From Desulfurococcales archaeon (GTDB lineage: Archaea; Thermoproteota; Thermoprotei_A; Sulfolobales; NBVN01), in the NCBI GenBank assembly GCA_027002995.1, contig JALWZB010000155.1, positions 26,365 through 90,364 of the forward strand: a stretch of 64,000 bases of DNA, written 5' to 3'. Shown piece after piece: positions 8,822-17,567 of the stretch. The notes below the pieces were generated by a model. The model did no database searches and was not told the origin of the DNA. It was given only the letters and a program-made list of their open reading frames with translations. The stretch's first letter is position 1. Each line of letters starts with the position of its first letter. The position numbers were made by a program, and so were the translations under genes.

Positions 8822-9653
8822 CCTTCCCCAACGTTACCGCTACAGCTTCAGCAACCCTCCTCAGTGATTTAGGTAGTGATGGACCATAATGTGATAACGT
8901 GTTGTGCTCCAGCAACACCACCCTGTTCCTGCGTACGGCGTTGATGTGCGTTAATCCTGCAGCCTCAAACCTCTTGAGAACTGACCTTAGGTCCGGCTTC
9001 ACCTCACTACCCGACTCAACGATTATTACGTCCGGATTCCTTTCCGCTACTAAGTCATAGTTAGGGGTTACGTAGGAGCTTTTGATGTCATGCATTATGT
9101 TCTCTAGGTTAATGAAGCGTAATGCATGATCCACGAACGTATGTGCCCCTATAGTTACGGGTCCACCGAGATCAACCTCGTAGTACGCCCGCATCTTAGC
9201 CCAGGGTGTTTTAATGCTGTGTAGTTCCTCATTTATCTTCTCGGCTAGCTCCCTCCCTTCATCAACCCTCCCGACAACCATGCTGGTAGTTATGACTAAG
9301 TCAATCACTCCGTACACGCTTACTGGTAGCGGTATTGGGAAATACCTCACCTTAGCGGCCTCTAGCGATGAGTATATGGTGCGTTGCGCACCAGTAGTTA
9401 CGAGTACGAGGTCTGGGTCAAGAAGCTTAAGGAGTTTAAGGTTAACATCTAGGTAAGCGCCAACTTTCGGTTTACTCCTTGCCTCAGGTGGCTTACTACA
9501 GTACCTGCTGACGCCGACGACACTATCTCCCAGGCCAATCATAAAGAGCGTCTCCGTTATTGCCGGGGCTAACGACACTATTTTCTTGGGCTCATCGGGG
9601 ACGGTTACCCAGCGTGAGAGGACCTCGCTGTACACCCGCATCCACGCACCCAC
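8814..9653 (-). CDS. BtuF/FecB-like (class III) substrate-binding-fold protein without signal peptide
   Basis: 279 aa. KKIVSLAPAITETLFMIGLGDSVVGVS and DPDLVLVT match the cobalamin/siderophore binding-protein family. No hydrophobic N-terminus is present with either the GTG 9653 or the ATG 9641 start. Confidence 0.65.
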   Translation of the reverse strand: MGAWMRVYSEVLSRWVTVPDEPKKIVSLAPAITETLFMIGLGDSVVGVSRYCSKPPEARSKPKVGAYLDVNLKLLKLLDPDLVLVTTGAQRTIYSSLEAAKVRYFPIPLPVSVYGVIDLVITTSMVVGRVDEGRELAEKINEELHSIKTPWAKMRAYYEVDLGGPVTIGAHTFVDHALRFINLENIMHDIKSSYVTPNYDLVAERNPDVIIVESGSEVKPDLRSVLKRFEAAGLTHINAVRRNRVVLLEHNTLSHYGPSLPKSLRRVAEAVAVTLGKGV

Positions 9654-9717
9654 CTCGGACTTGACTGAGTTAATTCAATTATAACCCTAAATAATAATAG
9701 TAATCTTGCGTGCGCCG

Positions 9718-9767
9718 GTGATGAGAGCGCTCTTCGATGACTCGATGATTAGAAGTCCCATTGCTGA
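9718..9767 (+). ncRNA. Probable C/D box sRNA
   Basis: Intergenic. The layout is GUGAUGA (C, 9718..9724), a 12-nt guide GAGCGCUCUUCG, AUGA (degenerate D'), CUC, GAUGAUU (degenerate C'), a 13-nt guide AGAAGUCCCAUUG and CUGA (D, 9764..9767). The 7-12-4-3-7-13-4 geometry is identical to the clear sRNA at 43231..43280. Confidence 0.5.
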
Positions 9768-9808
9768 TTTCTTCACGACCTGCTTTAGTTTATTGAAAGA
9801 AGCATACT

Positions 9809-11188
9809 TTAAGGTTCCTGCCCTTTCTTGACAAACTTGTATCTCTCGTAGAGTAGCTCCACGCGCCCATCCTTTATCTCGAATATTACCGGCACTTTGG
9901 AACCGTAGTACCCTATAGTGTAGAATTCTGCGTAGTCTTCACTTATCTTGACCGGCACTAGCGGCGATGGCACGCCCTCAAACTCGCTTATCTCCTCCAC
10001 TGCTAGGAAGTTACCTAGCCTGAATACCTTAACCCTCATCGTGCCTTTGAACGCTTCGTATACGCCGATCAGTTTCGAGTATATCTCATCTTCCCGTATG
10101 AACGGTAATTCCTTGGGGTCTCTTCCCGTGAGGTGCATGAGTGCGCACATACCTATCTTTGAGGGTGGGTACCCGGAAGCATTTGACAACACTGCAACGC
10201 CTACTCTCTTACTGGGTATGAAGCCTATGTACGCGGTGTACACTAGCACGGAGCCACCGTGTCCTATTAGTGTTCCGCCGGGGAAGTTGGGGTGTATCAT
10301 TAAACCATATCCGTACGCGTCTCCTCCGAATATTTCGAAGTTTAACTTGATGTGGGGCTTCCACATAAGCTCTAAGAGTTCCTTTGATACGATTTCCTTA
10401 CCTTCAAATACCCCATCACTTAGGTACATCTTAATGTAGTTCGCTAGGTCCAGCACGTTGCTCAGAAGCCCACCGTCAGCCTCTATTCCATACGGGAAGC
10501 GACTGGGTCTTAGCTCACCGTCCTTCATTATTATGTAGGGCGTAGCCACGTCTGGATCGCTTGCTACGCGCTCCTTAGTGAAGTATGACCTCGTCATCTT
10601 AAGGGGCTTCAGGATATTCTCCCTCACGTACTCCCGGTAAGGCATGCCTGTTACCGACTCGATGATCTTGCCTAGGAGCACATACCCTTCATTGAGGTAG
10701 AAGAACCTGCTTCCCGGCTTAGCGACAGCCCACTTACTCGCTCCCTCCATGAAAGGTATTATGTCCTCTGGCTTAGCTATGGGCAACCACTCACGCTTCG
10801 AACCCAGTAGCCCGCTTATTAATGCTTCCGCATACCCGAGCGCCGGTATGCCGGACGAGTGCGTTAGTAAATGATGGATGGTTACCTTATTTTCATGATG
10901 GTCTATATCCACATCAACGTAGTTAGTTACGGGATCATCCAGCGAGACCTTACTCTCACTGACTAGTTGAAGTATTGCTAGGGCTGTGAAGGACTTCGTT
11001 ATTGAGCCTATGCCATAGATTGTTCTGGGGGTGGCTGGCTTCGTTGCCTCCACATCCCTAAAGCCGAATCCCTTAGCGTAAATTACTTCATCATCACGTA
11101 TTAGGGCTATACTTAATCCTGGTGTGCGGGTCTCAGCCATTTTCTTAATTATAAATGAGTCGAGTGTGCGGAAGGTTTCTTGACTCAA
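9809..11188 (-). CDS. Serine hydrolase of the beta-lactamase/PBP (class C, esterase EstB-like) family
   Basis: 459 aa. It carries the SxxK motif (GSITKSF), YxN (FYLNEGY) and an HGG/KTG-equivalent (IGHGGSV), plus an extra C-terminal ~100-aa domain. Confidence 0.8.
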   Translation of the reverse strand: MSQETFRTLDSFIIKKMAETRTPGLSIALIRDDEVIYAKGFGFRDVEATKPATPRTIYGIGSITKSFTALAILQLVSESKVSLDDPVTNYVDVDIDHHENKVTIHHLLTHSSGIPALGYAEALISGLLGSKREWLPIAKPEDIIPFMEGASKWAVAKPGSRFFYLNEGYVLLGKIIESVTGMPYREYVRENILKPLKMTRSYFTKERVASDPDVATPYIIMKDGELRPSRFPYGIEADGGLLSNVLDLANYIKMYLSDGVFEGKEIVSKELLELMWKPHIKLNFEIFGGDAYGYGLMIHPNFPGGTLIGHGGSVLVYTAYIGFIPSKRVGVAVLSNASGYPPSKIGMCALMHLTGRDPKELPFIREDEIYSKLIGVYEAFKGTMRVKVFRLGNFLAVEEISEFEGVPSPLVPVKISEDYAEFYTIGYYGSKVPVIFEIKDGRVELLYERYKFVKKGQEP

Positions 11189-11244
11189 TTTTGTTGCCCT
11201 TTGAATTATTCTTGAGTATCTTAGAAAATCCTTCCGCTAATTAC

Positions 11245-12000
11245 TTACACCACGTAAATCATCATGCCATCATACGATACGTAAACGTTGTCCCACCGTT
11301 CCCTCACGTACTTAACTAACCTACTGAAGGGTAGGTTCCTGTGGGATATGTGTGTTAGGATTATTTCCTCAGCCCCTATTCTCTTGCCTATCTCAACCGC
11401 TTCGTCCACGTTATTGTGTTTAGGGTCATGGGAACCGGGCGCTGTTGTAGCGTCAACTAGGGCGACCCTAACCCCCTTCTTCTTAAGTAGCTCCTCAGTT
11501 TCCTTAGGCAATAGCTTGGTGTCGTAGAGAATAGCTATGTTTTCCTTCCTACCTACCTCAATTAAGTAGCCGAAGGTCTCAATGGTATGATTAAGGGGGA
11601 GGGGCGTAACCTCCATGTCACCTAAGTCAATTTTCTCGAAGGGCTTAACGTACCTAATGCGTAAGCTCTTGGGGAAGTGCCTTATCTCGGGGTCAACATC
11701 GCCTGAAGGAGCGTACAGGTCTACAGGCTTCTCGATCCACCTGAACTTATAGAGACCTGCTATGTGGTCGTGATGCCAATGAGTTATCAGAACCGCGTCC
11801 AGATACATTTCCTCAACGTATTCGGACGCGTCCAAACTCATGTCAACCATTATCGAAGTACCGTAACTCGTTACGAAGACCGAGGCAGTACGCCTCTTAG
11901 CGAAGTGATAGATGCGTGCTTCATTACAAGCAGGGCAAACGCAACCCGGTACGGGAACCCCCTCCGAACCTCCCGTTCCTATAAGGACAGCAACTAGCAT
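11245..12000 (-). CDS. Metallo-beta-lactamase-fold hydrolase (PhnP-like)
   Basis: 251 aa. It has the HxHxDH motif (THWHHDHIAG) and an N-terminal Cys cluster, GCVCPACNEA, as in PhnP-type phosphodiesterases. Confidence 0.7.
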   Translation of the reverse strand: MLVAVLIGTGGSEGVPVPGCVCPACNEARIYHFAKRRTASVFVTSYGTSIMVDMSLDASEYVEEMYLDAVLITHWHHDHIAGLYKFRWIEKPVDLYAPSGDVDPEIRHFPKSLRIRYVKPFEKIDLGDMEVTPLPLNHTIETFGYLIEVGRKENIAILYDTKLLPKETEELLKKKGVRVALVDATTAPGSHDPKHNNVDEAVEIGKRIGAEEIILTHISHRNLPFSRLVKYVRERWDNVYVSYDGMMIYVV

Positions 12001-12212
12001 GCCCGCCTCACCTTCATAGGGGCCACATCATTTACCCCCCGTCAAGACATATACGTTTTTCTTTGTGGCGAGGTTCATAATATGGGAGCATCCTTTTTAA
12101 TGCCATAGATGAAGTGAGTCCTCTAATAGTTTATTGGAGTGAAGCGTACTGCACCCAAATTATTTTAAGATTTGATAAAAACTTTTTAGGAATCGAGCGG
12201 GTGCTAGTAACG

Positions 12213-13952
12213 ATGTCTAACAAGGATGAGAGCGTATTCGTTAGGTTGATTAAGTGCCTGCTAAGGAAGTGGCCGTTACTGCTGGCATCCACTATTGCCG
12301 TCATTACTTACGCTTACACTGTTAGCTTGGGACCCCTGTTACTGAGGTATGCTATAGATTACGGTGTTTCTAAATGTGACCTCAACAATACGGTGAGATA
12401 CTCACTGCTGATCCTTGGTGTGGTCGTCTTAGGTGGTTTATCTTGGTACGTAACTAGGGATATGACTGCCCGCCTTTCTCAGGGACTCGCCCATGACTTA
12501 AGGGTTAGGGCATTCGCTGCTGTGCATAGGCAGTCCATGGAGTTCTTCAATAGGGTTGCGGCTGGTCAGATAATCTCGAAAATCACTAACGACACGAATA
12601 GGTTAGCTAGGGTTCTTTCATGGCAGGTACGGAATGTGGTTAACCTATCATTCACCGCCGGCATCTCGCTGTACTACATGTTTACGATGAGTCCTAGGCT
12701 TTCTTATATTGTTTTGGTCGCGCTGGCTTTAATGGCCGCGGTGAATGCTAAATACACCACGACTATTCGACCTATCTATGATGAGATCAGGCAGCAACTG
12801 GGGACTCTCGCGTCCATAGTTACGAGCAACCTAAACGGGATTAAGACCGTGAAGTCCCTGACCCTAGAGGAGACGGAAATAAGTAAGTTTAAGAAGGAGA
12901 ACAGTAAGTTCGCGGACCTAAACCTAAGGGTAGCTAAGGTAAGGGCCATCTACGGTAACGCGTCGCAGTTAATCCTAGGTATCTCAATGGCATCTATGCT
13001 CTATTACGGAGGGTATGCAGTCTCCACTGGCACGCTGAGCGTCGGTGAATTAACAGCATTCATAACGTACTTGTCGCTCCTGATGTGGCCTATGAGGGCC
13101 TTTGGCTTCATGCTTAGTGCGACACAGAGAGCGTTAGCTGCAGCTAGCAGAGTTTTTGAGATAATAGACATGGGGAAGGCTTCCGAACAACGCAGGGGGA
13201 GGGTAAGGCCGGCATCGTTAAGGGGTGAGGTAGTGTTTAACTCAGTAACGTTCTCCTACGTCAAGGGCAAGCCAGCACTTAAGAGCGTCAGCTTCAGGGT
13301 TAAGCCTGGCGAGAAGCTCCTCTTAGCTGGCCCTCCAGGCTCAGGGAAGTCCACGATACTCAAACTTATACTCAGGTTCTATGAGCCCGAGTACGGTAGT
13401 GTACAGATCGATGGCGTAGATGTTAGGGAGTTGGATCTAGACTTGCTTAGAGGTATAGTTGCCTATGTTCCTCAAGAGCCGTTCATATTCTCTGGTTCCA
13501 TAAAAGAGAATATACTTTTCGGGAACCCGGACGCCAGCATGGATGACGTTGTTAGGGTGGCTAAGATCGCTAAGATACATGACTTCATAGAGTCCCTGCC
13601 TCAAGGCTACGACACGCTGGTGGGTGAGAGGGGCATTACCCTCTCAGGAGGTCAAAGACAGAGAATAGCGATAGCTAGGGCGCTTCTCAAGGATCCGAGA
13701 ATAATGTTGCTTGATGATCCCGTATCGAACCTAGATCTGGAGACAGAGCGTTACCTAGTTGAGGATCTCAAGGAGATCTTGAGGGGACGCACAGTAATCA
13801 TGGTTAGTCAGCGACCGTCCTTAGCGGCCCTAGCCGATCGGGTCATAGTCCTTGAGGATGGGAGGATTGTTGATGAAGGGACTCATGAGGAGCTCTTGAG
13901 AAGGAGTGCGTCATACCGCAAGCTTTGGATCACTGAGGAGGGAGGTGGTTAA
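12213..13952 (+). CDS. ABC exporter half-transporter (TMD-NBD), subunit 1 of a heterodimer
   Basis: A six-TM domain precedes an NBD with Walker A GPPGSGKST, signature LSGGQRQR and Walker B MLLDDP (Asp where the catalytic Glu is expected). The ATG at 12213 (MSNKDESVF) is preferred over the ORF-track GTG at 12114. Confidence 0.9.
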   Translation: MSNKDESVFVRLIKCLLRKWPLLLASTIAVITYAYTVSLGPLLLRYAIDYGVSKCDLNNTVRYSLLILGVVVLGGLSWYVTRDMTARLSQGLAHDLRVRAFAAVHRQSMEFFNRVAAGQIISKITNDTNRLARVLSWQVRNVVNLSFTAGISLYYMFTMSPRLSYIVLVALALMAAVNAKYTTTIRPIYDEIRQQLGTLASIVTSNLNGIKTVKSLTLEETEISKFKKENSKFADLNLRVAKVRAIYGNASQLILGISMASMLYYGGYAVSTGTLSVGELTAFITYLSLLMWPMRAFGFMLSATQRALAAASRVFEIIDMGKASEQRRGRVRPASLRGEVVFNSVTFSYVKGKPALKSVSFRVKPGEKLLLAGPPGSGKSTILKLILRFYEPEYGSVQIDGVDVRELDLDLLRGIVAYVPQEPFIFSGSIKENILFGNPDASMDDVVRVAKIAKIHDFIESLPQGYDTLVGERGITLSGGQRQRIAIARALLKDPRIMLLDDPVSNLDLETERYLVEDLKEILRGRTVIMVSQRPSLAALADRVIVLEDGRIVDEGTHEELLRRSASYRKLWITEEGGG

Positions 13953-13954
13953 GC

Positions 13955-15733
13955 ATGTACTCTAAAGCGACTCTCTCTAGCGGCATCTCTAGTTGGGTTC
14001 TGCTGAAGCGCGTTATCCGAGGCTTGCTTAGGTATAGGTTGCATGTAGCGTTGATAGTGATCTCCATCTCGGCTTACACGCTCACAGGTTTGGCGGCTCC
14101 GTACATCTTAGGAACGATAATTGACAGGAATATTCTTGGAGGAGACTTAGCGGATCTCCCCTCGTCCGCGGCGCTCTACTTGCTTCTGATGTTAGGGCAG
14201 TGGGGGTCAATGACTGTCAATAGCTACGGGATCCAGATGATTGGGCAACTCTACTTAAGAAACCTTAGGGACACAGTATTTAGGAAGCTCCAGAGGTTAT
14301 CGATGCGCTTCTATACCAAGCACAGGATAGGTGACCTCATTTCAGCCACGATTAATGATACCTCAACACTTAACGACGTGCTCGTGTCCGGCATGTTATC
14401 GGTTGCTGGTAGCATGATTTCACTGGTGGGTGTGGTTGCTATGATGCTTTACTTAAGCCCGACGATGACCGCGGTTGCCTTGGTGAGTTTACCCGTGTTA
14501 GTGGTGATTGCTAAGGTATTCGGAGCCAAGCTCAAGGAAGCTCACCGCAATGCAAGGAAAAGGGTCGCTGAAGCAACAATGGTTGTTGAGGAATCAATAG
14601 CTGGTATTGAGACTATTAAGGCATTCGGCAGGGAGGCCGAGTTCCTGAGGGTCTTCTCCGGAATCTCCACAGAGACTTCGAAGGCCTATATCAGGATAGC
14701 TAGGCTTATGGGGTTATTCTGGCCTTCCATGGACGCGGCAGTTATGCTTTCAACGATACTGGTTCTGATCTACGGGGCCTACATGGTGTCCGCGGGGCTT
14801 ATGAGCGTGGGTATGGTAGTGGCGTTCATTCAGTACGTAAATAGGTTCAGTCGACCAATAACTCAATTCATAAACATGTATGACTCGCTGCAAGCAGCCG
14901 TCGCTGCCGCCGAGAGAATCTACGCTATCGTCGACTCACCCGAAGTTGAGGAGGAAGGCAAGATTGAGTTACCGAGGATTAAGGGCGAGGTTGAGTTCAG
15001 GAACGTTACTTTCGGGTACGATCCTAAGAGACCCGTTCTTAAGGACGTAAGCATACGTGTAGCGCCAGGGGAGACCGTTGCTATAGTAGGTCACACCGGG
15101 GCCGGTAAGACGACATTAGTGAACCTACTTATGCGGTTCTACGAACCAGACCAGGGCCAGATACTCATTGACGGCACCGACATAAGGAAGATCAAGCTCT
15201 CCTGCCTAAGACGCGTAATAAGCTACGTCCCCCAAGAAACGTACCTCTTCCCCGGAACGGTGCTGGACAACATAAGGCTTGGGAAACCGGACGCCAGCGA
15301 TGAGGAAGTCATTGACGTCTGCCGTAAGCTAGGCATCAACGAATTCATACAGCGCCTACCAAAAGGCTACGAAACCGACGCCGGAGAAATGGGAAAGAAG
15401 CTTTCCCTAGGCGAAAAGCAACTAATAGCCATAGCAAGGGCGATGCTAAGGAACCCCCACATAGTAATACTGGACGAAGCACTATCAAGCGTAGATCCCG
15501 GCACTGAAGCAATCGTGAGGAGAGCTATAAAGAGGCTCCTGAAAAACAAAACAGGGATAATAATAGCACACCGACTAACCACAGCAAAAGAAGCCGACCG
15601 AATAATAGTGATGACCGAAGGGAGAGTCATCGAAGAAGGAACACATCAAGAATTACTGAGAAAGAAAGGAACATACAAGGAACATACTATAGACTATATA
15701 CCTCAAGCACGTTCACGAATCAAAAACACTTAA
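13955..15733 (+). CDS. ABC exporter half-transporter (TMD-NBD), subunit 2 of a heterodimer
   Basis: Walker A is GHTGAGKTT, the signature is the degenerate LSLGEKQ, and Walker B is the canonical VILDEA. The gene starts 2 nt after subunit 1. Confidence 0.9.
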   Translation: MYSKATLSSGISSWVLLKRVIRGLLRYRLHVALIVISISAYTLTGLAAPYILGTIIDRNILGGDLADLPSSAALYLLLMLGQWGSMTVNSYGIQMIGQLYLRNLRDTVFRKLQRLSMRFYTKHRIGDLISATINDTSTLNDVLVSGMLSVAGSMISLVGVVAMMLYLSPTMTAVALVSLPVLVVIAKVFGAKLKEAHRNARKRVAEATMVVEESIAGIETIKAFGREAEFLRVFSGISTETSKAYIRIARLMGLFWPSMDAAVMLSTILVLIYGAYMVSAGLMSVGMVVAFIQYVNRFSRPITQFINMYDSLQAAVAAAERIYAIVDSPEVEEEGKIELPRIKGEVEFRNVTFGYDPKRPVLKDVSIRVAPGETVAIVGHTGAGKTTLVNLLMRFYEPDQGQILIDGTDIRKIKLSCLRRVISYVPQETYLFPGTVLDNIRLGKPDASDEEVIDVCRKLGINEFIQRLPKGYETDAGEMGKKLSLGEKQLIAIARAMLRNPHIVILDEALSSVDPGTEAIVRRAIKRLLKNKTGIIIAHRLTTAKEADRIIVMTEGRVIEEGTHQELLRKKGTYKEHTIDYIPQARSRIKNT

Positions 15734-15856
15734 GCTAAACATAACTTCTGAGAGAATTACACAAAACATCTATCCATGATAGCTACCCAACAGTGCCTCA
15801 TGTTTGCATCAATGAATCGTATTTTGATAAGCTAATGAGAAGAAGATATTAGGATA

Positions 15857-15944
15857 TGGCGCCGGGGGCGGGATTTGAACCCGCGCGGGGGTGTACCCCA
15901 CCGGCTTAGCAGGCCGGCGCCCTACCGGGCTAGGCGACCCCGGC
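15857..15944 (-). tRNA. tRNA-Ser (anticodon GCU), class II with long variable arm; CCA encoded
   Basis: The reverse complement folds as acceptor GCCGGGG/CCCCGGC, D arm GCCT..GGGC, anticodon stem CCGGC/GCCGG with loop CT-GCT-AA, and a 16-nt variable arm (GGGG-TACA-CCCC). The T arm is GCGGG-TTCAAAT-CCCGC, the discriminator is G, then CCA. Confidence 0.92.
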
Positions 15945-15956
15945 TCCGTTAGGTTC

Positions 15957-16199
15957 TTACTTGAGCGGGGTTATAAGTGTTGTTAGTGTTTGAGTTATGG
16001 TTATTTCGAGTCCCTCGTCTAGTGCTTCTAGTTTTATTGCTTTTTGCGGGCATATTGCTTCGCAGCCGCGACAGTATATGCAGTTGTTTTCGTTTATTAT
16101 TAGTTTCCGGTTCACTATCTGGAAAACATTTGTTGGACAGGTTTCCTCGCATAGGCCGCATAGGTTGCAGTTATTGCTTACCTTGACTTTCACTTTCAC
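15957..16199 (-). CDS. 2x[4Fe-4S] ferredoxin
   Basis: 80 aa with two CxxCxxCxxxCP motifs (CNLCGLCEETCP and CIYCRGCEAICP). Its GTG start overlaps the stop of the upstream KaiC-like gene (GTGA). Confidence 0.85.
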   Translation of the reverse strand: MKVKVKVSNNCNLCGLCEETCPTNVFQIVNRKLIINENNCIYCRGCEAICPQKAIKLEALDEGLEITITQTLTTLITPLK

Positions 16200-17017
16200 T
16201 GCTTTGCCTCCTCCCCCGTTATCGCTGCTTTGTAGACTTCAGCCTCTTTCAGCCTTTCCCTGACAAGGGCTGCTAGCTTTGCTGGGTCGACGGCGTGGAC
16301 TCCGTCATCGATTATTGCGTAGGGTACCCATAACGGATTAGTTGGTAATCCCCTCATTTTCTTAGCCATGAGTTGCTTCAGCGGTATGCCTAACTCCATT
16401 AGGTTTGGCTCTATGCGCGTCGCTATAACGCCGTCGACAAGGTATTCTAGATGTGCCGCGAGCTCCTCTAGTACCGTGGTGTTAGTGTGTAGAATCATCA
16501 CTATCGTGGCTCCCTTACCCTTAGATATTATTGCCCGCATCGACTTAATGAACTCTAGCACCTGCATCATCTCAAAACGGAACATTAACTCATTTATCGA
16601 GTCAATAACGACGAGGCTAACAACGTCATCACTAGCTGGCGGAACCTCCTCATGCAGGGCATAAAGCATGCTGTTCAGGTCGTCGAGACGCTGCTCCCTC
16701 GTAACGCCCTTCACCGCCCTCTTCAACTTACCTAGTCTGAAGCTGAAGCAGTCAATTATCTTGAACTTACCCTCATCAATGAACTTATCTAGCCCCCACC
16801 CGAAGTTCGTGAAGAGCTCTATCAGGGCGTCGGGAGAATCATCGAGGTTAACGTAGGTTACATAACCACCCCCCTTCAACACGTTCCACGCTATGTGCGC
16901 AGCCAAAACCGACTTACCTGTTCCCGGCGCTCCCGTGATAGCTACCGTGGCGCTTCTAGGGAAGCCTGCAGGTAGCGCGTAATCTAGGGGTTCAATACTT
17001 GTTTTGAATGCCTTAAT
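16196..17017 (-). CDS. KaiC/RecA-superfamily ATPase (single-domain archaeal KaiC-like); start codon unresolved
   Basis: Walker A GAPGTGKS (16933..16910) and Walker B LVVIDSI are present, with a KaiC-like body. The first canonical start (TTG 16906) lies downstream of the Walker A, so the 5' end is set at an in-frame ATT at 17017 that follows an SD-like GGAGGGTGAT. See the finding at 16904..17032. Confidence 0.7.
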   Translation of the reverse strand: MKAFKTSIEPLDYALPAGFPRSATVAITGAPGTGKSVLAAHIAWNVLKGGGYVTYVNLDDSPDALIELFTNFGWGLDKFIDEGKFKIIDCFSFRLGKLKRAVKGVTREQRLDDLNSMLYALHEEVPPASDDVVSLVVIDSINELMFRFEMMQVLEFIKSMRAIISKGKGATIVMILHTNTTVLEELAAHLEYLVDGVIATRIEPNLMELGIPLKQLMAKKMRGLPTNPLWVPYAIIDDGVHAVDPAKLAALVRERLKEAEVYKAAITGEEAKQ

Positions 17018-17162
17018 GACCCATCACCCTCCTAGAAAGCGCTTCTCACGTAAACTAACTTAACTACCTAGAATAAAACACTAACTTCCAAGACACTACT
17101 ATCCGCATGGCTCGATGAATTATTAATTAAGCTCCCTAGGTTAGGTTAGTGGTGCCGTCATC

Positions 17163-17564
17163 TTGGGTAAGGTGATAGCGCTTAAGGTACCGGGTGGTGC
17201 CGACCCAATAGAGTTCCTTCAGAAGAAGATAAAGGAACTAGGACTTAAGCAGGGCTCCATAACCGGTGTGGGGGGCTTTAAGTGGGTTGAGGTTGGCGTG
17301 CTACGTAGGGAGGGAGGATACGATGTAAAGCGCATGGAGGCCTCTGAGGAATACTTCGTTGAGGTAGCTCCAGTTATAGGTAATTACGTCACGCTACCCA
17401 AGGGCGAGGTTTCGGTACACCTACATGTTACCGTAGGTAGGGAGCACGGTCTTACGTGGTGTGGTCACTTAGTTAGGGCCGAGACTTGGCCTTTCCTTGA
17501 ACTCTTCCTGTATGAGGCCGACAACGACGTACTAGCGGAATTCCCCCACCGCAAGGGTCGATAA
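17163..17564 (+). CDS. PPC/DUF296 domain protein (PD1-like putative DNA-binding fold)
   Basis: 133 aa. The pattern GSITGVGGFKWVEVGVL..VHLHVTVG is typical of DUF296. Confidence 0.65.
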   Translation: MGKVIALKVPGGADPIEFLQKKIKELGLKQGSITGVGGFKWVEVGVLRREGGYDVKRMEASEEYFVEVAPVIGNYVTLPKGEVSVHLHVTVGREHGLTWCGHLVRAETWPFLELFLYEADNDVLAEFPHRKGR

Positions 17565-17567
17565 GCT

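Noticed and set aside
15608-15659. GUGAUGA followed by CUGA 41 nt later, at the 3' end of the second ABC exporter gene.
   Set aside because: No recognisable D'/C' boxes lie in between, and the interval is coding sequence with good protein homology.
15949-16263. Alternative ORFs overlapping the ferredoxin gene (15949..16161 minus, 15977..16186 plus and 15997..16263 plus).
   Set aside because: Only the 15957..16199 frame gives the two CxxCxxCxxxCP motifs. The others are frame shadows.
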